Assembly (NCBI RefSeq): GCF_964204645.1
Contig: NC_134030.1
Coordinates: 2,584,778 to 2,648,777, forward strand
DNA length: 64,000 nucleotides
Reading direction: 5' to 3'
From: Tubulanus polymorphus
Lineage: Eukaryota > Animalia > Nemertea
The translations under genes were made by a program, and so were the position numbers. Under the pieces are notes generated by a model. That model had not been told where the DNA came from, made no database searches, and saw nothing but the letters and a program-made list of their open reading frames with translations. Shown piece by piece: positions 12,201-25,879 of the stretch (its first letter is position 1; each line of letters starts with the position of its first letter).

Positions 12201-15200
12201 AATACTTTCATGTATATCAAGTTACCTTTTATGATGGCTGGTTTCATTATTGGCGATTATCTTATTAGTTGATTGGGCGATTTTGGGCAAGTAGTTGTTC
12301 TCAAGCTGGGTTTTTTCTCATAGTTGAAATTTAGCTGCAATGATCAAAAGAAGATATCCTTTAATGACAAAATATTTCAATAAGAATTAATCGAAATAAT
12401 TCCATGTACATCAAGTTACCTTTTATGATGGATGGTTTCATAATCGGCGATTATCTTATTAGTTGGTTGGTTAATGAGTTCGATTCTGTTGGCCTCATCT
12501 GTTTGCTGTACCAGTTTGTAGATTTTGGACTAGTAGTTGATCTCAAGCTGGGTTTCTTCTTAGAGTTGAAATTAAGCTGCAATGATTAAAAGAAGATATT
12601 CTGTAATGACCAAATATTTCAATAAGAATTAATCGTAATAATTTCATGTAAGTCAAGTTACCTTTTATGATTGCTGGGTTCGTTATTGGTGCGGATCATC
12701 TAAAGTCGGTGGGTAAATGAGTTCGATTCTGTTGGCCTCATCTGTGCTCTGTTCAAGTTGGTCGATTTTGGACGAGTAGTTGATCTCAAGCTGGGTTTTT
12801 TCTTATAGTTGAAATTTAGCTGCAATGATCAAAAGAAGATATCCCGTTATGACAAAATATTTCAATAAGAATTAATCGAAATAATTCCATGTATATCAAG
12901 TTACCTTTTATGATGGCTGGTTTCATTATTGGCGATTATCTTATTAGTTGATTGGGCGATTTTGGGCGAGTAGTTGATCTCAAGCTGGGTTTTTTCTCAT
13001 AGTTGAAATTTAGCTGCAATGATCAAAAGAAGATATTCTTTAATAACAAAATATTTCAATAAGAATTAATCGTAATAATTTCATGTATATCAAGTTACCT
13101 TTTATGATTGCTGGGTTCGTTATCGGCAATTATCTTATTAGTTGGTTGGTAAATGAGTTCGATTCTGTTGGCCTCATCTGTTTGCTGTACCAGTTTGTAG
13201 ATTTTGGACTAGTAGTTGATCTCAAGCTGGGTTTTTTCTTATAGTTGAAATTTAGCTGCAATGATCAAAAGAAGATATCCTGTAATGACAAAATATTTCA
13301 ATAAGAATTAATCGTAATACTTTCATGTATATCAAGTTACCTTTTATGATGGCTGGTTTCATTATTGGCGATTATCTTATTAGTTGATTGGGCGATTTTG
13401 GGCAAGTAGTTGTTCTCAAGCTGGGTTTTTTCTCATAGTTGAAATTTAGCTGCAATGATCAAAAGAAGATATCCTTTAATGACAAAATATTTCAATAAGA
13501 ATTAATCGAAATAATTCCATGTACATCAAGTTACCTTTTATGATGGATGGTTTCATAATCGGCGATTATCTTATTAGTTGGTTGGTTAATGAGTTCGATT
13601 CTGTTGGCCTCATCTGTTTGCTGTACCAGTTTGTAGATTTTGGACTAGTAGTTGATCTCAAGCTGGGTTTCTTCTTAGAGTTGAAATTAAGCTGCAATGA
13701 TTAAAAGAAGATATTCTGTAATGACCAAATATTTCAATAAGAATTAATCGTAATAATTTCATGTAAGTCAAGTTACCTTTTATGATTGCTGGGTTCGTTA
13801 TTGGTGCGTCTCATCTAAAGTCGGTGGGTAAATGAGTTCGATTCTGTTGGCCTCATCTGTGCTCTGTTCAAGTTGGTCGATTTTGGACGAGTAGTTGATC
13901 TCAAGCTGGGTTTTTTCTTATAGTTGAAATTTAGCTGCAATGATCAAAAGAAGATATCCCGTTATGACAAAATATTTCAATAAGAATTAATCGAAATAAT
14001 TCCATGTATATCAAGTTACCTTTTATGATGGCTGGTTTCATTATTGGCGATTATCTTATTAGTTGATTGGGCGATTTTGGGCGAGTAGTTGATCTCAAGC
14101 TGGGTTTTTTCTCATAGTTGAAATTTAGCTGCAATGATCAAAAGAAGATATCCTTTAATAACAAAATATTTCAATAAGAATTAATCGTAATAATTTCATG
14201 TATATCAAGTTACCTTTTATGATTGCTGGGTTCGTTATCGGCAATTATCTTATTAGTTGGTTGGTAAATGAGTTCGATTCTGTTGGCCTCATCTGTTTGC
14301 TGTACCAGTTTGTAGATTTTGGACTAGTAGTTGATCTCAAGCTGGGTTTTTTCTTATAGTTGAAATTTAGCTGCAATGATCAAAAGAACATATCCTGTAA
14401 TGACAAAATATTTCAATAAGAATTAATCGTAATACTTTCATGTATATCAAGTTACCTTTTATGATGGCTGGTTTCATTATTGGCGATTATCTTATTAGTT
14501 GATTGGGCGATTTTGGGCAAGTAGTTGTTCTCAAGCTGGGTTTTTTCTCATAGTTGAAATTTAGCTGCAATGATCAAAAGAAGATATCCTTTAATAACAA
14601 AATATTTCAATAAGAATTAATCGTAATAATTTCATGTAAGTCAAGTTACCTTTTATGATTGCTGGGTTCGTTATTGGTGCGGATCATCTAAAGTCGGTGG
14701 GTAAATGAGTTCGATTCTGTTGGCCTCATCTGTGCTCTGTTCAAGTTGGTCAATTTTGGACGAGTAGTTGATCTCAAGCTGGGTTTTTTCTTATAGTTGA
14801 AATTTAGCTGCAATGATCAAAAGAAGATATCCCGTTATGACAAAATATTTCAATAAGAATTAATCGAAATAATTCCATGTATATCAAGTTACCTTTTATG
14901 ATGGCTGGTTTCATTATTGGCGATTATCTTATTAGTTGATTGGGCGATTTTGGGCGAGTAGTTGATCTCAAGCTGGGTTTTTTCTCATAGTTGAAATTTA
15001 GCTGCAATGATCAAAAGAAGATATCCTTTAATAACAAAATATTTCAATAAGAATTAATCGTAATAATTTCATGTAAGTCAAGTTACCTTTTATGATTGCT
15101 GGGTTCGTTATTGGTGCGGATCATCTAAAGTCGGTGGGTAAATGAGTTCGATTCTGTTGGCCTCATCTGTGCTCTGTTCAAGTTGGTCGATTTTGGACGA

Positions 15201-18200
15201 GTAGTTGATCTCAAGCTGGGTTTTTTCTTATAGTTGAAATTTAGCTGCAATGATCAAAAGAAGATATCCCGTTATGACAAAATATTTCAATAACAATTAA
15301 TCGAAATAATTCCATGTATATCAAGTTACCTTTTATGATGGCTGGTTTCATTATTGGCGATTATCTTATTAGTTGATTGGGCGATTTTGGGCGAGTAGTT
15401 GATCTCAAGCTGGGTTTTTTCTCATAGTTGAAATTTAGCTGCACTGATCAAAAGAAGATATCCTTTAATAACAAAATATTTCAATAAGAATTAATCGTAA
15501 TAATTTCATGTATATCAAGTTACCTTTTATGATTGCTGGGTTCGTTATCGGCAATTATCTTATTAGTTGGTTGGTAAATGAGTTCGATTCTGTTGGCCTC
15601 ATCTGTTTGCTGTACCAGTTTGTAGATTTTGGACTAGTAGTTGATCTCAAGCTGGGTTTTTTCTTATAGTTGAAATTTAGCTGCAATGATCAAAAGAAGA
15701 TATCCTGTAATGACAAAATATTTCAATAAGAATTAATCGTAATACTTTCATGTATATCAAGTTACCTTTTATGATGGCTGGTTTCATTATTGGCGATTAT
15801 CTTATTAGTTGATTGGGCGATTTTGGGCAAGTAGTTGTTCTCAAGCTGGGTTTTTTCTCATAGTTGAAATTTAGCTGCAATGATCAAAAGAAGATATCCT
15901 TTAATAACAAAATATTTCAATAAGAATTAATCGTAATAATTTCATGTAAGTCAAGTTACCTTTTATGATTGCTGGGTTCGTTATTGGTGCGGATCATCTA
16001 AAGTCGGTGGGTAAATGAGTTCGATTCTGTTGGCCTCATCTGTGCTCTGTTCAAGTTGGTCAATTTTGGACGAGTAGTTGATCTCAAGCTGGGTTTTTTC
16101 TTATAGTTGAAATTTAGCTGCAATGATCAAAAGAAGATATCCCGTTATGACAAAATATTTCAATAAGAATTAATCGAAATAATTCCATGTATATCAAGTT
16201 ACCTTTTATGATGGCTGGTTTCATTATTGGCGATTATCTTATTAGTTGATTGGGCGATTTTGGGCGAGTAGTTGATCTCAAGCTGGGTTTTTTCTCATAG
16301 TTGAAATTTAGCTGCAATGATCAAAAGAAGATATCCTTTAATAACAAAATATTTCAATAAGAATTAATCGTAATAATTTCATGTATATCAAGTTACCTTT
16401 TATGATTGCTGGGTTCGTTATCGGCAATTATCTTATTAGTTGGTTGGTAAATGAGTTCGATTCTGTTGGCCTCATCTGTTTGCTGTACCAGTTTGTAGAT
16501 TTTGGACTAGTAGTTGATCTCAAGCTGGGTTTTTTCTTATAGTTGAAATTTAGCTGCAATGATCAAAAGAAGATATCCTGTAATGACAAAATATTTCAAT
16601 AAGAATTAATCGTAATACTTTCATGTATATCAAGTTACCTTTTATGATGGCTGGTTTCATTATTGGCGATTATCTTATTAGTTGATTGGGCGATTTTGGG
16701 CAAGTAGTTGTTCTCAAGCTGGGTTTTTTCTCATAGTTGAAATTTAGCTGCAATGATCAAAAGAAGATATCCTTTAATAACAAAATATTTCAATAAGAAT
16801 TAATCGTAATAATTTCATGTAAGTCAAGTTACCTTTTATGATTGCTGGGTTCGTTATTGGTGCGGATCATCTAAAGTCGGTGGGTAAATGAGTTCGATTC
16901 TGTTGGCCTCATCTGTGCTCTGTTCAAGTTGGTCGACTTTGGACTAGTAGTTGATCTCAAGCTGGGTTTTTTCTTATAGTTGAAATTTAGCTGCAATGAT
17001 CAAAAGAACATATCCCGTTATGACAAAATATTTCAATAAGAATTAATCGAAATAATTCCATGTATATCAAGTTACCTTTTATGATGGCTGGTTTCATTAT
17101 TGGCGATTATCTTATTAGTTGATTGGGCGATTTTGGGCGAGTAGTTGATCTCAAGCTGGGTTTTTTCTCATAGTTGAAATTTAGCTGCAATGATCAAAAG
17201 AAAATCCTTTAATAACAAAATATTTCAATAAGAATTAATCGTAATAATTTCATGTATATCAAGTTACCTTTTATGATTGCTGGGTTCGTTATCGGCAATT
17301 ATCTTATTAGTTGGTTGGTAAATGAGTTCGATTCTGTTGGCCTCATCTGTTTGCTGTACCAGTTTGTAGATTTTGGACTAGTAGTTGATCTCAAGCTGGG
17401 TTTTTTCTTATAGTTGAAATTTAGCTGCAATGATCAAAAGAAGATATCCTGTAATGACAAAATATTTCAATAAGAATTAATCGTAATACTTTCATGTATA
17501 TCAAGTTACCTTTTATGATGGCTGGTTTCATTATTGGCGATTATCTTATTAGTTGATTGGGCGATTTTGGGCAAGTAGTTGTTCTCAAGCTGGGTTTTTT
17601 CTCATAGTTGAAATTTAGCTGCAATGATCAAAAGAAGATATCCTTTAATGACAAAATATTTCAATAAGAATTAATCGAAATAATTCCATGTACATCAAGT
17701 TACCTTTTATGATGGATGGTTTCATAATCGGCGATTATCTTATTTGTTGGTTGGTTAATGAGTTCGATTCTGTTGGCCTCATCTGTTTGCTGTACCAGTT
17801 TGTAGATTTTGGACTAGTAGTTGATCTCAAGCTGGGTTTCTTCTTAGAGTTGAAATTAAGCTGCAATGATTAAAAGAAGATATTCTGTAATGACCAAATA
17901 TTTCAATAAGAATTAATCGTAATAATTTCATGTAAGTCAAGTTACCTTTTATGATTGCTGGGTTCGTTATTGGTGCGGATCATCTAAAGTCGGTGGGTAA
18001 ATGAGTTCGATTCTGTTGGCCTCATCTGTGCTCTGTTCAAGTTGGTCGATTTTGGACGAGTAGTTGATCTCAAGCTGGGTTTTTTCTTATAGTTGAAATT
18101 TAGCTGCAATGATCAAAAGAAGATATCCCGTTATGACAAAATATTTCAATAAGAATTAATCGAAATAATTCCATGTATATCAAGTTACCTTTTATGATGG

Positions 18201-21200
18201 CTGGTTTCATTATTGGCGATTATCTTATTAGTTGATTGGGCGATTTTGGGCGAGTAGTTGATCTCAAGCTGGGTTTTTTCTCATAGTTGAAATTTAGCTG
18301 CAATGATCAAAAGAAGATATCCTTTAATAACAAAATATTTCAATAAGAATTAATCGTAATAATTTCATGTATATCAAGTTACCTTTTATGATTGCTGGGT
18401 TCGTTATCGGCAATTATCTTATTAGTTGGTTGGTAAATGAGTTCGATTCTGTTGGCCTCATCTGTTTGCTGTACCAGTTTGTAGATTTTGGACTAGTAGT
18501 TGATCTCAAGCTGGGTTTTTTCTTATAGTTGAAATTTAGCTGCAATGATCAAAAGAAGATATCCTGTAATGACAAAATATTTCAATAAGAATTAATCGTA
18601 ATACTTTCATGTATATCAAGTTACCTTTTATGATGGCTGGTTTCATTATTGGCGATTATCTTATTAGTTGATTGGGCGATTTTGGGCAAGTAGTTGTTCT
18701 CAAGCTGGGTTTTTTCTCATAGTTGAAATTTAGCTGCAATGATCAAAAGAAGATATCCTTTAATGACAAAATATTTCAATAAGAATTAATCGAAATAATT
18801 CCATGTACATCAAGTTACCTTTTATGATGGATGGTTTCATAATCGGCGATTATCTTATTAGTTGGTTGGTTAATGAGTTCGATTCTGTTGGCCTCATCTG
18901 TTTGCTGTACCAGTTTGTAGATTTTGGACTAGTAGTTGATCTCAAGCTGGGTTTTTTCTTATAGTTGAAATTTAGCTGCAATGATCAAAAGAAGATATCC
19001 TGTAATGACAAAATATTTCAATAAGAATTAATCGTAATACTTTCATGTATATCAAGTTACCTTTTATGATGGCTGGTTTCATTATTGGCGATTATCTTAT
19101 TAGTTGATTGGGCGATTTTGGGCAAGTAGTTGTTCTCAAGCTTGGTTTTTTCTCATAGTTGAAATTTAGCTGCAATGATCAAAAGAAGATATCCTTTAAT
19201 AACAAAATATTTCAATAAGAATTAATCGTAATAATTTCATGTAAGTCAAGTTACCTTTTATGATTGCTGGGTTCGTTATTGGTGCGGATCATCTAAAGTC
19301 GGTGGGTAAATGAGTTCGATTCTGTTGGCCTCATCTGTGCTCTGTTCAAGTTGGTCGATTTTGGACGAGTAGTTGATCTCAAGCTGGGTTTTTTCTTATA
19401 GTTGAAATTAAGCTGCAATGATCAAAAGAAGATATCCCGTTATGACAAAATATTTCAATAAGAATTAATCGAAATAATTCCATGTATCAAGTTACCTTTT
19501 ATGATGGCTGGTTTCATTATTGGCGATTATCTTATTAGTTGATTGGGCGATTTTGGGCGAGTAGTTGATCTCAAGCTGGGTTTTTTCTCATAGTTGAAAT
19601 TTAGCTGCAATGATCAAAAGAAGATATCCTTTAATAACAAAATATTTCAATAAGAATTAATCGTAATAATTTCATGTATATCAAGTTACCTTTTATGATT
19701 GCTGGGTTCGTTATCGGCAATTATCTTATTAGTTGGTTGGTAAATGAGTTCGATTCTGTTGGCCTCATCTGTTTGCTGTACCAGTTTGTAGATTTTGGAC
19801 TAGTAGTTGATCTCAAGCTGGGTTTTTTCTTATAGTTGAAATTTAGCTGCAATGATCAAAAGAACATATCCTGTAATGACAAAATATTTCAATAAGAATT
19901 AATCGTAATACTTTCATGTATATCAAGTTACCTTTTATGATGGCTGGTTTCATTATTGGCGATTATCTTATTAGTTGATTGGGCGATTTTGGGCAAGTAG
20001 TTGTTCTCAAGCTGGGTTTTTTCTCATAGTTGAAATTTAGCTGCAATGATCAAAAGAAGATATCCTTTAATAACAAAATATTTCAATAAGAATTAATCGT
20101 AATAATTTCATGTAAGTCAAGTTACCTTTTATGATTGCTGGGTTCGTTATTGGTGCGGATCATCTAAAGTCGGTGGGTAAATGAGTTCGATTCTGTTGGC
20201 CTCATCTGTGCTCTGTTCAAGTTGGTCGATTTTGGACGAGTAGTTGATCTCAAGCTGGGTTTTTTCTTATAGTTGAAATTTAGCTGCAATGATCAAAAGA
20301 AGATATCCCGTTATGACAAAATATTTCAATAAGAATTAATCGAAATTATTCCATGTATATCAAGTTACCTTTTATGATGGCTGGTTTCATTATTGGCGAT
20401 TATCTTATTAGTTGATTGGGCGATTTTGGGCGAGTAGTTGATCTCAAGCTGGGTTTTTTCTCATAGTTGAAATTTAGCTGCAATGATCAAAAGAACATAT
20501 CCCGTTATGACAAAATATTTCAATAAGAATTAATCGAAATAATTCCATGTATATCAAGTTACCCTGATGGCTGGTTTCATTATTGGCGATTATCTTATTA
20601 GTTGATTGGGCGATTTTGGGCGAGTAGTTGTTCTCAAGCTGGGTTTTTTCTCATAGTTAAAATTTAGCTGCAATTATCAAAAGAAGATATCCTTTAATGA
20701 CAAAATATTTCAATAAGAATTAATCGAAATAATTCCATGTACATCAAGTTACCTTTTATGATGGATGGTTTCATAATCGGCGATTATCTTATTAGTTGGT
20801 TGGTTAATGAGTTCGATTCTGTTGGCCTCATCTGTTTGCTGTACCAGTTTGTAGATTTTGGACGAGTAGTTGATCTCAAACTGGGTTTCTTCTTAGAGTT
20901 GAAATTAAGCTGCAATGATTAAAAGAAGATATTCTGTAATGACCAAATATTTCAATAAGAATTAATCGTAATAATTTCATGTAAGTCAAGTTACCTTTTA
21001 TGATTGCTGGGTTCGTTATTGGTGCGTCTCATCTAAAGTCGGTGGGTAAATGAGTTCGATTCTGTTGGCCTCATCTGTGCTCTGTTCAAGTTGGTCGATT
21101 TTGGACGAGTAGTTGATCTCAAGCTGGGTTTTTTCTTATAGTTGAAATTTAGCTGCAATGATCAAAAGAAGATATCCCGTTATGACAAAATATTTCAATA

Positions 21201-24200
21201 ACAATTAATCGAAATAATTCCATGTATATCAAGTTACCTTTTATGATGGCTGGTTTCATTATTGGCGATTATCTTATTAGTTGATTGGGCGATTTTGGGC
21301 GAGTAGTTGATCTCAAGCTGGGTTTTTTCTCATAGTTGAAATTTAGCTGCAATGATCAAAAGAAGATATCCTTTAATAACAAAATATTTCAATAAGAATT
21401 AATCGTAATAATTTCATGTATACCAAGTTACCTTTTATGATTGCTGGGTTCGTTATCGGCAATTATCTTATTAGTTGGTTGGTAAATGAGTTCGATTCTG
21501 TTGGCCTCATCTGTTTGCTGTACCAGTTTGTAGATTTTGGACTAGTAGTTGATCTCAAGCTGGGTTTTTTCTTATAGTTGAAATTTAGCTGCAATGATCA
21601 AAAGAAGATATCCTGTAATGACAAAATATTTCAATAAGAATTAATCGTAATACTTTCATGTATATCAAGTTACCTTTTATGATGGCTGGTTTCATTATTG
21701 GCGATTATCTTATTAGTTGATTGGGCGATTTTGGGCAAGTAGTTGTTCTCAAGCTGGGTTTTTTCTCATAGTTGAAATTTAGCTGCAATGATCAAAAGAA
21801 GATATCCTTTAATGACAAAATATTTCAATAAGAATTAATCGAAATAATTCCATGTACATCAAGTTACCTTTTATGATGGATGGTTTCATAATCGGCGATT
21901 ATCTTATTAGTTGGTTGGTTAATGAGTTCGATTCTGTTGGCCTCATCTGTTTGCTGTACCAGTTTGTAGATTTTGGACGAGTAGTTGATCTCAAACTGGG
22001 TTTTTTCTCACAATTGAAATTTAGCTGCAATGATTAAAAGAAGATATTCTGTAATGACAAAATATTTCAATAAGAATTAATCGTAATAATTTCATGTATA
22101 TCAAGTTACCTTTTATGATTGCTGGTTTCATTATCGGTGATTATCTTATTAGTTGATTGGTAAATGAGTTCGATCCTAGTTGGCTGTGCACCGTTCAAGT
22201 TGGTTGATTTTTGACGAGTAGTTGTTCTCAAACTGGGTTTTTTTTCGCATAGTTGAAATTTAGCTGCAATGATCAAAAGAAGATATCCTTTAATGACAAA
22301 ATATTTCAATAAGAATTGATCGTAATAATTTCATGTATATCAAGTTACCTTTTATGATTGCTGGTTTCATAATCGGCGATTATCTTATCAATTGGTTGGT
22401 AAATGAGTTCGATTCTGTTGGCCTCATCTGTTTGCTGTACCAGTTTGTAGATTTTGGACTAGTAGTTGATCTCAAGCTGGGTTTCTTCTTATAGTTGAAA
22501 TTTAGCTGCAATGATTAAAAGAAGATATCCTGTAATGACAAAATATTTCAATAAGAATTAATCGTAATAATTTCATGTATATCAAGTTACCTTTTATGAT
22601 TGCTGGGTTCGTTATCGGCAATTATCTTATTAGTTGGTTGGTAAATGAGTTCGATTCTGTTGGCCTCATCTGTTTGCTGTACCAGTTTGTAGATTTTGGA
22701 CTAGTAGTTGATCTCAAGCTGGGTTTTTTCTTATAGTTGAAATTTAGCTGCAATGATCAAAAGAAGATATCCTGTAATGACAAAATATTTCAATAAGAAT
22801 TAATCGTAATACTTTCATGTATATCAAGTTACCTTTTATGATGGCTGGTTTCATTATTGGCGATTATCTTATTAGTTGATTGGGCGATTTTGGGCAAGTA
22901 GTTGTTCTCAAGCTGGGTTTTTTCTCATAGTTAAAATTTAGCTGCAATTATCAAAAGAAGATATCCTTTAATGACAAAATATTTCAATAAGAATTAATCG
23001 AAATAATTCCATGTACATCAAGTTACCTTTTATGATGGATGGTTTCATAATCGGCGATTATCTTATTAGTTGGTTGGTTAATGAGTTCGATTCTGTTGGC
23101 CTCATCTGTTTGCTGTACCAGTTTGTAGATTTTGGACGAGTAGTTGATCTCAAACTGGGTTTCTTCTTAGAGTTGAAATTAAGCTGCAATGATTAAAAGA
23201 AGATATTCTGTAATGACCAAATATTTCAATAAGAATTAATCGTAATAATTTCATGTAAGTCAAGTTACCTTTTATGATTGCTGGGTTCGTTATTGGTGCG
23301 TCTCATCTAAAGTCGGTGGGTAAATGAGTTCGATTCTGTTGGCCTCATCTGTGCTCTGTTCAAGTTGGTCGATTTTGGACGAGTAGTTGATCTCAAGCTG
23401 GGTTTTTTCTTATAGTTGAAATTTAGCTGCAACGATCAAAAGAAGATATCCCGTTATGACAAAATATTTCAATAAGAATTAATCGAAATAATTCCATGTA
23501 TATCAAGTTACCTTTTATGATGGCTGGTTTCATTATTGGCGATTATCTTATTAGTTGATTGGGCGATTTTGGGCGAGTAGTTGATCTCAAGCTGGGTTTT
23601 TTCTCATAGTTGAAATTTAGCTGCAATGATCAAAAGAAGATATCCTTTAATAACAAAATATTTCAATAAGAATTAATCGTAATAATTTCATGTATATCAA
23701 GTTACCTTTTATGATTGCTGGGTTCGTTATCGGCAATTATCTTATTAGTTGGTTGGTAAATGAGTTCGATTCTGTTGGCCTCATCTGTTTGCTGTACCAG
23801 TTTGTAGATTTTGGACTAGTAGTTGATCTCAAGCTGGGTTTTTTCTTATAGTTGAAATTTAGCTGCAATGATCAAAAGAAGATATCCTGTAATGACAAAA
23901 TATTTCAATAAGAATTAATCGTAATACTTTCATGTATATCAAGTTACCTTTTATGATGGCTGGTTTCATTATTGGCGATTATCTTATTAGTTGATTGGGC
24001 GATTTTGGGCAAGTAGTTGTTCTCAAGCTGGGTTTTTTCTCATAGTTGAAATTTAGCTGCAATGATCAAAAGAAGATATCCTTTAATGACAAAATATTTC
24101 AATAAGAATTAATCGTTATAATTTCATGTATATCAAGTTACCTTTTATGATTGCTTGGTTCGTTATCGGTGTGGATCATCTAAAGTTTGTGGGTTAATAA

Positions 24201-25253
24201 GTTCGATTCTGTTGGCCTCATCTGTGCGCTGTGCAAGTTGGTCGATTTTTGACGAGTAGTAGTTCTCAAACTGGGTTTTTCTCGAAGTTGAAATTTTGCT
24301 GCAATGATTAAAAGAAGATATCCTGTAATGACCAAATATTTCAATAAGAATTAATCGTAATAATTTCATGTATATCAAGTTACCTTTTATGATGGCTGGT
24401 TTCATTATTGGCGCGATTATCTTATTAGTTGACTGTTTAATGAGTTCGATCCTAGTTGGCTGTGCACCGTTCAAGTTGGTTGATTTTTGAGTGGTAGTTG
24501 TTCTCAAACTGGGTTTTTTCGCATAATTGAAATTTAGCTGCAATGATCAAAAGAAGATATCCTTTAATGACAAAATATTTCAATAAGAATTAATCGTAAT
24601 AATTTCATGTATATCAAGTTACCTTTTATGATTGCTTGGTTCGTTATCGGCAATTATCTTATTAATTGGTTGGTAAATGAGTTCGATTCTGTTGGCCTCA
24701 TCTGTGCGCTGTGCAAGTTGGTCGATTTTTGACGAGTAGTAGTTCTCAAACTGGGTTTTTCTCAAAGTTGAAATTTTGCTGCTATGATTAAAAGAAGATA
24801 TCCTGTAATGGAAAAATATTTCAATAAGAATTAATCGTAATAATTTCATGTATATCAAGTTACCTTTTATGATTGCTTGGTTCGTTATCGGCGTGGATCA
24901 TCTAAAGTTTGTGTGTTAATGAGTTTGATCCTGTTGGCCCCATCTGTGCGCTGTTCAAGTTGGTCGATTATAGGCGAGTAGTTGTTCTCAAGCTGGGTTT
25001 TTTCTCATAGTTGAAATTTAGCTGCAATGATCAAAAGACGATATCCTTTAATAACAAAATATTTCAATAAGAATTAATCGTAATAATTCTATGTATATCA
25101 AGTTACCTTTTATGATTGCTGGTTTCATTATCGGCGATTATCTTATTAGTTGATTGGTAAATGAGTTCGATCCTAGTTGGCTGTGCGCCATTTAAGTTGG
25201 TCGATTTTTGACGAGTAGTTGTTCTCAAACTGGGTTTTTTTTCGCATAGTTGA
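6228..25253. repeat. ~19-kb tandem satellite array, ~85 monomers of 194/237/242/243 bp with higher-order structure
   Basis: Near-invariant core CTGCAATGAT(C/T)AAAAGAAGATAT...AAATATTTCAATAAGAATTAATCG...CATGTA...CAAGTTACCTTTTATGAT; successive monomer anchors 11289, 11531, 11774, 11968, 12210, 12404 (242+243+194+242+194=1115). Confidence 0.99.
24623..24778 (-). pseudogene. Intact-looking symmetric phase-2 coding exon (156 nt) in an edge monomer of the array
   Basis: TAGCAG|CAAAATTTC...CATAAAAG|GTAACT; reads SKISTLRKTQFENYYSSKIDQLAQRTDEANRIELIYQPINKIIADNEPSNHK with no stop; the interior copies translated are frameshifted or stopped. Confidence 0.55.
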
Positions 25254-25280
25254 TTATCGGTAAGGTCTCCTAAGTTGGTT

Positions 25281-25433
25281 GTCTAATTTTACATTTCTTT
25301 GCTCTTTTTTTCGTGTAAATAGTCCGAAAGTTTACAAGGTTTAAGATAATTTCGTCTAATTTTTACATTTCTTTGGTTTTTTTTTTCATGTAAATAGTCC
25401 GAAAGCTTACAAGGTCGTAATTTTGTCTAATTT
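25281..25433. repeat. Short ~73-bp tandem duplication at the array boundary
   Basis: GTCTAATTTT(T)ACATTTCTTTG...TGTAAATAGTCCGAAAG(T/C)TTACAAGGT twice plus a partial third. Confidence 0.85.
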
Positions 25434-25879
25434 TTTTTGGTTTAGGTTTTTTCAAAATCGGAAATCGAAGTACAGATATAGTTGTGTGATCGGCGGTCGA
25501 TTTCACATAAATTTCTTTTTCTTTAAATCCGAGCACATAATTGTGAAATTTGGTTCCGGTTCATTCAATTAATCTCGCAACCAGTCTGAACCGGCAAGCG
25601 ACTGATTGGGGTCAATTAAGTTGACTGCCTATTTTAATACATCGAGATTTGGAATATCTATATTACAAGGTTGAAGATCATTTTTATACGTTTTATGTTT
25701 AGTTGATTAGTAGTATAGCTGAAAAAAGAGCAGAATCTGGTGAGCAGAAAATCCTTTCGAATATCACTGATCATGATTAACGTGTCAATTCATATATATA
25801 TATATATAAGATCAGCAATGTGGACCGGTAAGTAGATTTTGATAATAGTCGATTATCAAAAATAACTATATGAAATTCA

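Noticed and set aside
7076-23196. Repeated + strand 61-aa ORFs (MYIKLPFMM...)
   Set aside because: They occur only in the monomer variant lacking a TAG, have no recognisable domain and are stopped in most copies; a by-product of the satellite
6228-25253. CRISPR-like array (constant repeat + variable spacer)
   Set aside because: Eukaryotic context, no cas genes, ~150-bp constant part, and the variable parts are mutually homologous and reused
6228-25253. A currently translated giant repeat protein from the spliced array
   Set aside because: The interior exon types translated are closed in all three frames and are not multiples of 3
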